A DNA stretch of 64,000 nt from Dendrobates tinctorius. Taxonomy: Eukaryota. Both the position numbers and the translations under genes were made by a program. Positions 40,206-50,974 of the stretch are shown in pieces. Each line of letters begins with the position of its first letter. Position 1 is the first letter of the stretch. The notes under the pieces were generated by a model. That model saw nothing but the letters and a program-made list of their open reading frames with translations, had not been told where the DNA came from and ran no database searches. The stretch spans positions 434,001 through 498,000 of the forward strand of contig NW_027362117.1 in NCBI RefSeq assembly GCF_039654945.1. The letters are read 5' to 3'.

Positions 40206-42538
40206 CTGCAACGGAAGACAAAGGGTTAACAACAGCTAAAACCGGCCGATCAGCCCCCGCGTGTCGTCCATCACCACAAGGGAGAGGGGCGAGCTATTGT
40301 CCCTGGTATCAGCCATTCCCCAATGTGACAAGCAACACAGTATACAAGCCCCAATAATCACTGACACCCTTCTATATGTGACTGATATCAGCCCCTCTTA
40401 TAACGCTCCAGTACTGATATAACCTCCAGACATTACATATGTGACTGATATCAGCCCCTCTTATAACGCTCCAGTACTGATATAACCTCCAGACATTACA
40501 ACATATGTGACTGATATCAGCCCCTCTTATAACGCTCCAGTACTGATATAACCTCCAGACATTACATCATATGTGACTGATATCAGCCCCTCTTATAACG
40601 CTCCAGTACTGATATAACCTCCAGACATTACATATGTGACTGATATCAGCCCCTCTTATAACGCTCCAGCACTGATATAACCTCCAGACATTATATCATA
40701 TGTGACTGATATCAGCCCCTCTTATAACGCTCCAGTACTGATATAACCTCCAGACATTACATATGTGACTGATATCAGCGCCTCTTATAACGCTCCAGTA
40801 CTGATATAACCTCCAGACATTATATCATATGTGACTGATATCAGCCCCTCTTATAACGCTCCAGTACTGATATAACCCCCAGACATTACACCATATGTGA
40901 CTGATATCAGCGCCTCTTATAATGCTCCAGTACTGATATAACCTCCAGACATTACACCATATGTGACTGATATCAGCCCCTCTTATAACGCTCCAGTACC
41001 GATATAGCCTCCAGACATTACACCATATGTGACTGATATCAGCCTCTCATATAACGCTCCAGTACCGATATAGCCTCCAGACATTACACCATATGTGACT
41101 GATATCAGCCCCTCTTATAACGCTCCAGTACCGATATAACCTCCAGACATTACACCATATGTGACTGATATCAGCCCCTCATATAACGCTCCAGTACTGA
41201 TATAACCTCCAGACATTACATCATATGTGAATGATATCAGCCTCTTATAACGCTCCAGTACTGATATAACCCCCAGACATTACACCATATGTGACTGATA
41301 TCAGCCCCTCTTATAGCGCTCCAGTACTGATATAACCCCCAGACATGACACCATATGTGACTGATATCAGCCCCTCTTATAACGCTCCAGTACTGATATA
41401 ACCCCCAGACATTACACCATGTGACTGATATCAGCCCCTCTTATAACGCTCCAGTACTGATATAACCTCCAGACATTACACCATATGTGACTGATATCAG
41501 CCCCTCTTATAGCGCTCCAGTACTGATATAACCCCCAGACATGACACCATATGTGACTGATATCAGCCCCTCTTATAGCACTCCAGTACTGATATAACCC
41601 CCAGACATGACACCATATGTGACTGATATCAGCCCCTCTTATAACGCTCCAGTACTGATATAACCCCCAGACATTACACCATATGTGACTGATATCAGCC
41701 CCTCTTATAACGCTCCAGTACTGATCTAACCCCCAGACATTACACCATATGTGACTGATATCAGCCCCTTATAACGCTCCAGTACTGATATAACCCCCAG
41801 ACATTACACCATATGTGACTGATATCAGCCCCTCTTATAACGCTCCAGTACTGATATAACCTCCAGACATTACATCATATGTGACTGATATCAGCCCCTC
41901 TTATAACGCTCCAGTACTGATCTAACCCCCAGACATTACACCATATGTGACTGATATCAGCCCCTCTTATAACGCTCCAGTACTGATATAACCTCCAGAC
42001 ATTACACCATATGTGACTGATATCAGCCCCTCTTATAACGCTCCAGTACTGATATAACCCCCAGACATGACACCATATGTGACTGATATCAGCCCCTCTT
42101 ATAACGCTCCAGTACTGATATAACCCCCAGACATTACACCATATGTGACTGATATCAGCCCCTCTTATAACGCTCCAGTACTGATCTAACCCCCAGACAT
42201 TACACCATATGTGACTGATATCAGCCCCTCTTATAATGCTCCAGTACTGATCTAACCCCCAGACATTACACCATATGTGACTGATATCAGCCCCTCTTAT
42301 AACGCTCCAGTACTGATATAACCCCCAGACATTACACCATATGTGACTGATATCAGCCTCTTATAACGCTCCAGTACTGATATAACCTCCAGACATTACA
42401 CCATATGTGACTGATATCAGCCCCTCTTATAACGCTCCAGTACTGATATAACCTCCAGACATTACACCATATGTGACTGATATCAGCCTCTTATAACGCT
42501 CCAGTACTGATATAACCTCCAGACATTACACCATATGT

Positions 42539-42914
42539 AAATGAGGATGAGTGACCTCATGGAGATCAACATCCAACACTGCGGAGACACCATCACATGT
42601 TTCTCAACGCAAGCAATGACTAGCCAGGTCTTTCACCGGGAAGGAACAACCATGGGAAGGGCAGTCTGAGTGACCTCATTTTCATAGTCTTTTACTAGGC
42701 ATTGCTCCTACTAGCCAGTTTCCTCCTCCACACTGATGAGGGGCAATACCCTGAAACAGCTGTCTGTGGATGGACACCATGTTTTGACATAGGTGGTTTC
42801 CTTCATTGGAGACTGCCCTTCCCGTGGTTGTTCCTTCCCGGTGAAAGACCTGGCTAGTCATTGCTTGCGTTGAGAAACATGATGGTGTCTCCGCGGCTGA
42901 TTGATTTACATGTT
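42539..42914 (+). mobile_element. 376-bp non-coding retrozyme-like / non-autonomous Penelope-type insertion
   Basis: 14-bp duplication ATTACACCATATGT (42525-42538, 42915-42928); inverted arms 42581-42667 / 42810-42894; central hammerhead. Confidence 0.8.
42724..42774 (+). ncRNA. Minimal type-I hammerhead ribozyme
   Basis: TCCACA-CTGATGA-GGGG caata CCCT-GAA-ACAGCTGT-C-TGTGGA: canonical core, helix I, helix II, palindromic helix III; GUC cleavage site after 42764. Confidence 0.85.
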
Positions 42915-44646
42915 ATTACACCATATGTGACTGATATCAGCCTCTTATAACGCTCCAGTACTGATATAACCCCCAGACATTACACCATATGTGAGTGATA
43001 TCAGCCCCTCTTATAACGCTCCAGTACTGATATAACCCCCAGACATTACACCATATGTGACTGATATCAGCCCCTCTTACAACGCTCCAGTACTGATATA
43101 ACCCCCAGACATTACACCATATGTGACTGATATCAGCCCCTCTTATAACGCTCCAGTACTGATATAACCCCCAGACATTACACCATATGTGACTGATATC
43201 AGCCCCTCTTACAACGCTCCAGTACTGATATAACCCCCAGACATTACACCATATGTGACTGATATCAGCCCCTCTTATAACGCTCCAGTACTGATATAAC
43301 CCCCAGACATTACACCATATGTGACTGATATCAGCCCCTCTTACAACGCTCCAGTACTGATATAACCCCCAGACATTACACCATATGTGACTGATATCAG
43401 CCCCTCTTACAACGCTCCAGTACTGATATAACCTCCAGACATTACACCATATGTGACTGATATCAGCCCCTCTTATAGCGCTCCAGTACTGATATAACCT
43501 CCAGACATTACACCATATGTGACTGATATCAGCCCCTCTTATAGCGCTCCAGTACTGATATAACCCCCAGACATTACACCATATGTGAGTGATATCAGCC
43601 CCTCTTATAACGCTCCAGTACTGATATAACCCCCAGACATTACACCATATGTGACTGATATCAGCCCCTCTTACAACGCTCCAGTACTGATATAACCCCC
43701 AGACATTACACCATATGTGACTGATATCAGCCCCTCTTACAACGCTCCAGTACTGATATAACCTCCAGACATTACACCATATGTGACTGATATCAGCCTC
43801 TTATAACGCTCCAGTACTGATATAACCTCCAGACATTACACCATATGTGACTGATATCAGCCCCTCTTATAACGCTCCAGTACTGATATAACCCCCAGAC
43901 ATTACACCATATGTGACTGATATCAGCCCCTCTTACAACGCTCCAGTACTGATATAACCTCCAGACATTACACCATATGTGACTGATATCAGCCCCTCTT
44001 ATAACGCTCCAGTACTGATATAACCCCCAGACATTACACCATATGTGACTGATATCAGCCCCTCTTATAACGCTCCAGTACTGATATAACCCCCAGACAT
44101 TACACCATATGTGACTGATATCAGCCCCTCTTATAACGCTCCAGTACGGATATAACCCCCAGACATTACACCATATGTGACTGATATCAGCCTCTTATAA
44201 CGCTCCAGTACTGATATAACCTCCAGACATTACACCATATGTGACTGATATCAGCCCCTCTTATAACGCTCCAGAACTGATATAACCTCCAGACATTACA
44301 CCATATGTGACTGATATCAGCCTCTTATAACGCTCCAGTACTGATATAACCTCCAGACATTACACCATATGTGACTGATATCAGCCCCTCTTATAACGCT
44401 CCAGTACTGATATAACCCCCAGACATTACACCATATGTGACTGATATCAGCCCCTCTTATAACGCTCCAGTACTGATATAACCTCCAGACATTACACCAT
44501 ATGTGACTGATATCAGCCCCTCTTATAACGCTCCAGTACTGATATAACCTCCAGACATTACATATGTGACTGATATGAGCCCCTCTTATAACGCTCCAGT
44601 ACTGATATAAGCTCTGGCGTTATTACGCTCCCCGTCTGATACTCAC

Positions 44647-44773
44647 ATGCTCCCAGCTGGGACACGCAGGCGATGAAGATGGTGAAGGTAAATGCGGTGA
44701 GATGAGCGGTGGCCCCAGATATCAGGCGCAGGGTGCGGTGCAGCCGGGGGTCGGGGTCCGAGCTCTGCGCCAT
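44647..44773 (-). CDS. CYB561D2: CYB561D2 first coding exon
   Basis: MAQSSDPDPRLHRTLRLISGATAHLTAFTFTIFIACVSQLGA; donor GTGAGT; acceptor CTGCAG 5 nt upstream of the ATG implies a non-coding upstream exon. Confidence 0.92.
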
Positions 44774-45769
44774 TGATCCTGCAGAACAGAGGAGACAATA
44801 TAAACCACAGACCTGTGCGGCGCCCCCTGCAGTGAGGCTCTGTGATTACAGGGGTAGATACGCAGGCGCAGACAGCGGTGATCATGGTCCTCTGTGCGGA
44901 CATACAGCAGCGTGGCCCCGGGACAGACGACATCCTGCAGCAGCACCGGCCGGCACCCGGCACACACACTTAACCCCTTCCGGACACTTTCCACTTCTAA
45001 TGTTTCTATTTTCCCTCCCTGCCGCCGTATCGCGGCAGATTTTTGCAGGACGAGTTGTAGTTTTCTATGACGCCGAAAAGTCCCGAAAAACCTGCAGTAA
45101 AAAGGTGGAAAAAAAAAAAAAAAAATCACAATGCCTCCATTTTTTTTTCCACTGTGCAGTAAATGCGACGTATTTTGCTTTGTTGTCCACATTTGTGATG
45201 CCGGTGACTTTCCCATCAGCGGCGCTGTGGACGGCCCTGCTGGGCGAGGTGCAGGATTTCTCAGTTTGGGAGCAGCTCAGACTTAAGGGAAAGTGCAAAG
45301 TCTTTAAAAAATGCAATCTGCCATTAGTTTATACTAAGGTCGCGTTCACACAATGTCTGAAGGAGGACGACACTTTCAGGACCAGTCAGCGATTTGTGAA
45401 CTTCCGGTCATTTCAGGAGCGCCAGCTGCAGCGCTTTTCTTTATTGCCGGGTGTTTATTTCCCTCAGTTTTTGGGTCGTTTATGTTTTTGCTGCTTTTTT
45501 TTTTTTTGCTCGTTTTCTTTTTTCTTCTCATCTTTCCCACCGAAGTATAATGTAAAGTATCACCCATCCGCACAGCAGAATACTTCGCTTACGGTAATTA
45601 CTGACTTGTTTTATTTATATTTTCTACATATTTATTAAACTTATTTTCTATCTCTATGCCGCTATTTCTCTTGGGGATGTGAACCTTCAACTGATACCTT
45701 GTACTTTACACTGCAGCACAGATTACTGGTCTCCTCTGAACCTTGACGAATTCACATGCACCGCCGTAA

Positions 45770-46120
45770 CCGCGTATCATAGGGGTGACGTACAGAGCGG
45801 GATCAGCCCCTGAGCACCGCCATAACCGCCCGTCCTGGGGGTGACGTACAGAGCGGGATCAGCCCTTGTGCAACGCCATAACGCCCGTCCTAGGGGTGAC
45901 ACACAAAGCGGGATCAGCCCCTGAGCACCGCCATAACTGCCCGTCCTGGGGGTGACGTACAGACCGGGATCAGTCCCCAACACCGCCATAACCGCCCGTC
46001 CTGGGGGTGACGTACAGAGCGGGATCATCCCCCGAGCACCGCCATAACTGCCGGTCCTGGGGGTGACGTACAGAGCGGGATCAGCCCCTGAGCACCGCTA
46101 TAACCGCCCGTCCTGGGGGT
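45770..46120. repeat. ~56-bp minisatellite
   Basis: GGGGGTGACGTACAGAGCGGGATCAGCCCCTGAGCACCGCCATAACCGCCCGTCCT x~6. Confidence 0.9.
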
Positions 46121-46711
46121 ATCAATACAAAAAGGGTGGGGGAACAAGAGGCGCAAAAGTGCCCTATCACTAGTGACACTACGATGTGAGTGGTGTAATG
46201 CAGTACCACTCACCTATTCCAGTTGTGTGACCCACAACTGGCTTGAAGACATAACACAGTATCAGCTGCTGCAGGACCTCCACCGACCACTCCAAAGTGG
46301 AAAAACTGCCAGAGAATATGGGAAGCAAGATGTGCCACAGTCCGCGCTGCTGAATCCACAAAATCACCTGGGATGCAAGATGTAGTAACAAAGTACTTCT
46401 TTATTCCTTCCTACGGGTTTCGGCGCCCTTCCTCAGGGCTTTTACACCAGCCATAGGAGCAGGGAATTTATATCCCCTTCCATTAGCAATTATGGGTGTG
46501 TTCTGTTTACATATGATGTCATAATGGTCATCACTGGGGGAGGGGCCAGCATTTTTGGCACAATTTCACACAATGTTTATGAAGGTCTTTATATGATTTT
46601 ACTGGTAGGATTTTTATGTACATTTTAGCAAGTATTTTGAAGGATTTTCTTGTTTTATTATGTTATTTGTGTGAAATTGTGCCAAAAATGCTGGCCCCTC
46701 CCCCAGTGATG

Positions 46712-48353
46712 TGGGGAGCGACAGACGGGGGACTGGGCGCAAAGACCCTCCATGACGGGGAGCGGAGAGCAATAGACGGGGGACTGGGCGCAAAGACCCT
46801 CCATGACGGGGAGCGGAGAGCGACAGACGGGGGACTGGGCACAAAGACCCTCCATGACGGGGAGCGGAGAGCGACAGACGGGGGACTGGGCACAAAGACC
46901 CTCCATGACGGGGAGCGGAGAGCGACAGACGGGGGACTGGGCGCAAAGACCCTCCATGACGGGGAGCGGAGAGCGACAGACGGGGGACTGGGCGCAAAGA
47001 CCCTCCATGACGGGGAGCGGAGAGCGACAGACGGGGGACTGGGCGCAAAGACCCTCCATGACGGGGAGCGGAGAGCGACAGACGGGGGACTGGGCGCAAA
47101 GACCCTCCATGACGGGGAGCGGAGAGCGACAGACGGGGGACTGGGCGCAAAGACCCTCCATGACGGGGAGCGGAGAGCGACAGACGGGGGACTGGGCGCA
47201 AAGACCCTCCATGACGGGGAGCGGAGAGCGACAGACGGGGGACTGGGCGCAAAGACCCTCCATGACGGGGAGCGGAGAGCGACAGACGGGGGACTGGGCG
47301 CAAAGACCCTCCATGACGGGGAGCGGAGAGCGACAGACGGGGGACTGGGCGCAAAGACCCTCCATGACGGGGAGCGGAGAGCGACAGACGGGGGACTGGG
47401 CGCAAAGACCCTCCATGACGGGGAGCGGAGAGCGACAGACGGGGGACTGGGCGCAAAGACCCTCCATGACGGGGAGCGGAGAGCGACAGACGGGGGACTG
47501 GGCGCAAAGACCCTCCATGACGGGGAGCGGAGAGCAATAGACGGGGGACTGGGCACAAAGACCCTCCATGACGGGGAGCGGAGAGCGACAGACGGGGGAC
47601 TGGACGCAAAGACCCTCCATGACGGGGAGCGGAGAGCGACAGACGGGGGACTGGGCGCAAAGACCCTCCATGACGGGGAGCGGAGAGCGACAGACGGGGG
47701 ACCGGGCGCAAAGACCCTCCATGACGAGGAGCGGAGAGCGACAGACGGGGGACCGGGCGCAAAGACCCTCCATGACGGGGAGCGGAGAGCGACAGACGGG
47801 GGACCGGGCGCAAAGACCCTCCATGACGGGGAGCGGAGAGCGACAGACGGGGGACCGGGCGCAAAGACCCTCCATGACGGGGAGCGGAGAGCGACAGACG
47901 GGGGACCGGGCGCAAAGACCCTCCATGACGGGGAGCGGAGAGCGACAGACGGGGGACCGGGCGCAAAGACCCTCCATGACGGGGAGCGGAGAGCGACAGA
48001 CGGGGGACTGGGCGCAAAGACCCTCCATGACGGGGAGCGGAGAGCGACAGACGGGGGACTGGGCGCAAAGACCCTCCATGACGGGGAGCGGAGAGCGACA
48101 GACGGGGGACTGGGCGCAAAGACCCTCCATGACGGGGAGCGGAGAGCGACAGACGGGGGACTGGGCGCAAAGACCCTCCATGACGGGGAGCGGAGAGCGA
48201 CAGACGGGGGACTGGGCGCAAAGACCCTCCATGACGGGGAGCGGAGAGCGACAGACGGGGGACTGGGCGCAAAGACCCTCCATGACGGGGAGCGGAGAGC
48301 GACAGACGGGGGACTGGACGCAAAGACCCTCCATGACGGGGAGCGGAGAGCGA
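46712..48353. repeat. 51-bp purine/G-rich homogeneous minisatellite
   Basis: GGGGAGCGGAGAGCGACAGACGGGGGACTGGGCGCAAAGACCCTCCATGAC x~32. Confidence 0.98.
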
Positions 48354-48519
48354 TGTGATGTCTCACAGCTGAGGGTTTGTTACACTCGTATCCGTCTGAC
48401 AATCCTGTCACACTGTAACGCACCCTCAGCTGTGAGAGGCGTCAGCTCAGGAAACCGATGGCGGCTGCGTTCACTGACAGTAAGCAGAGATCTGCGCACA
48501 GACCAGAGCTGTGATGCCG

Positions 48520-48900
48520 ATACTCCCCGCCCCAGCCTCCTGTCTCGCAGCTCTCCTCCCCTGCTGGGACTTGTAGTCCTGCGCGGTCTCGCCCACATTA
48601 CCCGCACTCTCGCTCCTCCCGCGGGGCTCCGGACGTCTCTTCTGTCTTTCCCGCCTTCAGGAAATACTCCGCTCCGCCCCCTCCCCATCCAGAGGTCTCA
48701 TTTGGTACAGCTCCTGTCAATTACCCATAGGCCCCGCCCATCACGCAGGTGTTTCCGCTTTTGAATGGCTGACAGGCGACCAATGAACGTATAGGGGCGG
48801 GGCCGAAATAGGAGAGAGGCTTGAGACGCAACCATGTTGTTTCCGGTTGGTGGCGCAGGAGGAGGACGTGGGAAAACTGAGCAGGGAGAGGAGTGAGTGC
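48520..48900. promoter_or_regulatory. Probable bidirectional CYB561D2/NPRL2 promoter
   Basis: CpG-rich; ZNF143-type GGACTACAAGTCCCAGCA (minus, ~48562-48579); CCAAT ~48781; GC boxes; ETS TTCCGG; candidate donors GTGAGT at 48893 (+) and GGTAA ~48600 (-). Confidence 0.7.
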
Positions 48901-49072
48901 TGCGCCGGGAGGAAGGGCAGGGGGTGCGGAAGAGGGGGTGCCCCTCACAGCTGCAGTCAGAGCGCAGAGTCCTCAGGGGGCGGTGGTGGAAGGGCTCAGC
49001 TGCATTCTTTTGGGGTCTGGTGATGCTTGTGATTCTCCATAATAACACTCCGGCAGCAGGCGCGCTGTCTGG

Positions 49073-49923
49073 GTGTTATGTTTGACACCAATCTCTTCTT
49101 CACATCCCATATACAATCTCTTGCCGCTCTTACACCTAAAAAAATCTCTAGAATCCGCCCTTTCTCACCATGGAAACAACAAACCCCTCACTATCTCCCT
49201 GATCCACTCCCGCCTGGATTACTGCAACACTCTATTAATTGGCCTCCCCGTCACTCGACTATCCCCTCTCCAATCCGTACTTACTGCAGCGGCCAGGATC
49301 GTCCATCAGGCTAATCGGTACTCTGACACGTCCGTCTTCGCCAGTCCTTACCCTGGCTGCCCATTCATTATAGGATCCAATACAAAGTACTCGTTCTCAC
49401 CCACAAAGCTCTCCACGGTGCGGCACCCCCCTACATCTCCTCCCTCATTTCTGTCTATCGGCCTAACCGACCGCTGCGCTCCGCAAACGACTTTCGACTA
49501 ACCTCCGCGCTTATCCGCACCTCCCGACTCCAAGACTTCTCCCGCGCTGCGCCAACCCTCTGGAATGCTCTTCCCCAAGAGCATAGTTCCCCAATTTGCA
49601 TAGTTTCAGGCGCTCCCTCATCTGTTCAGAGCGGCTTATCACGTTCACTCATCACAGTCATTCTGTGTGTAAGTGTGCGTGTGTGGCCCATTCACTATCT
49701 CCATCCATCCCCCACTCCCTCAGGATGGCCGGACCATCACTGTATATACACCCCTGTACTCTGTATCTCCCCCACCTGACTGTAGAGTGTAAGCTCTCAC
49801 CAGCAGGGGCGGCTGATTGTGCTGTAATTATTGTATTGTTAACGTTGTTACTTATGACTGCTGTGTTTTGAAACTGTAAAGCGCTGCGGAATATGTTGGC
49901 GCTATATAAAGATTATTATTATT
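49073..49923 (+). mobile_element. L2 LINE 3' fragment
   Basis: LIHSRLDYCNTLLIGLP and LQSVLTAAAR; 3' end AAAGCGCTGCGGAATATGTTGGCGCTATATAAA-(ATT)n. Confidence 0.88.
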
Positions 49924-50298
49924 CTCGGGCTCGGTGCAATAATGGCGACACCAAACTTGTGAGGTTATTACTCCTTGTTTTAGTGGAGAAATGTCTTCAT
50001 GGCGCCTGAGGCTTTGATTGGTTTTTATTGCTTCGGTGGAGGAGCCACTTGTGTCATTTTGATATATTTTGGTTTTGTTGTGACACTTTTGGATTAAAGA
50101 TCTGATTTTTATGGGGATTTTTTATTTTCAGTATATCTTTCAGTCTGCCTGCACCTGATCCCAACATGGGAAGTAAATGAGAGTCCCATCTCCCTGCAGT
50201 TGGCTCCTGGTGGGCGGGGTCTAAGCACGGGGCTTTCTTACTGGCTGTTGGATTGTCGGCCCCGCTCAGTCACCGCCTTGTTTTTGTTGTCCGCAGTG

Positions 50299-50373
50299 AT
50301 GTCCAGTCGGAGGATCGAGTGCGTCTTCTTCAGCGAGTTCCATCCCACCCTCGGCCCCAAGATCAGTTACCAG
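50299..50373 (+). CDS. NPRL2: GATOR1 subunit NPRL2, coding exon 1
   Basis: [25 protein letters not shown]; donor GTGAGT; all 11 exons sum to 1140 nt (379 aa + stop). Confidence 0.96.
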
Positions 50374-50450
50374 GTGAGTGGAGACAGCACTGATCCCCCT
50401 CCCGAGGTGTCCGGGCAGGATGGTGGTGATGTGGCCCCCGTGTATCGCAG

Positions 50451-50542
50451 GTGCCGGAGGAGTACATCTCGCGGGAGCTGTTTGACACCGTGCAGGTTTA
50501 TATCATCACCAAACCCGAGCTCCAGAACAAGCTGATCACAGT
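50451..50542 (+). CDS. NPRL2: NPRL2 coding exon 2
   Basis: [31 protein letters not shown]; AG/GT bounded. Confidence 0.95.
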
Positions 50543-50718
50543 GTGAGTGTGACGTCCGGGCCCCGAGCTCTGCGCGTAGTGAGGCAGCGTAGACCTGGAG
50601 GGGGCGCCGTTACCATTCTGCAGCAGATGTATGACCGCAGGATCTAAGCTTCAGGCAGGGGAGCAGCAATGGTGGCTGTCTCGTGCCCGGCGCTGACGCT
50701 CGTGTGTTCTCTGCCCAG

Positions 50719-50887
50719 GACCGCCATGGACAAGAAGCTGATCGGTTGCCCAGTTTGCATCGAGCACAAGAAGTACAGCCGCAACGCTCTGCTCTTTAAC
50801 CTGGGCTTTGTGTGCAACGCCAGAGCCAAGACGTGTGCGCTGGAGCCCATCGTGAAGAAGCTCGCTGGATACCTGAAGACGCTGGAG
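50719..50887 (+). CDS. NPRL2: NPRL2 coding exon 3
   Basis: [32 protein letters not shown]...[11 protein letters not shown]. Confidence 0.96.
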
Positions 50888-50974
50888 GTCCGCACCTCTT
50901 AAAGGGGCCGTACACTACAAGATGTGTAATAAGTGAAGCGAAGCTGATGCTTCATGTCAGTCTGTTACAGGGAA

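Larger units (their letters stand above)
40375..44610. repeat. 62-bp minisatellite filling most of a CYB561D2 intron
   Basis: ATATGTGACTGATATCAGCCCCTCTTATAACGCTCCAGTACTGATATAACCCCCAGACATTACACC-type units; interrupted at 42539-42914. Confidence 0.97.

Noticed and set aside
44709-45638. 309-aa + strand ORF
   Set aside because: Antisense to a CYB561D2 exon, crosses homopolymer runs, no recognisable domain
46614-48764. ~570-aa ORFs on both strands
   Set aside because: 51-bp minisatellite artefact
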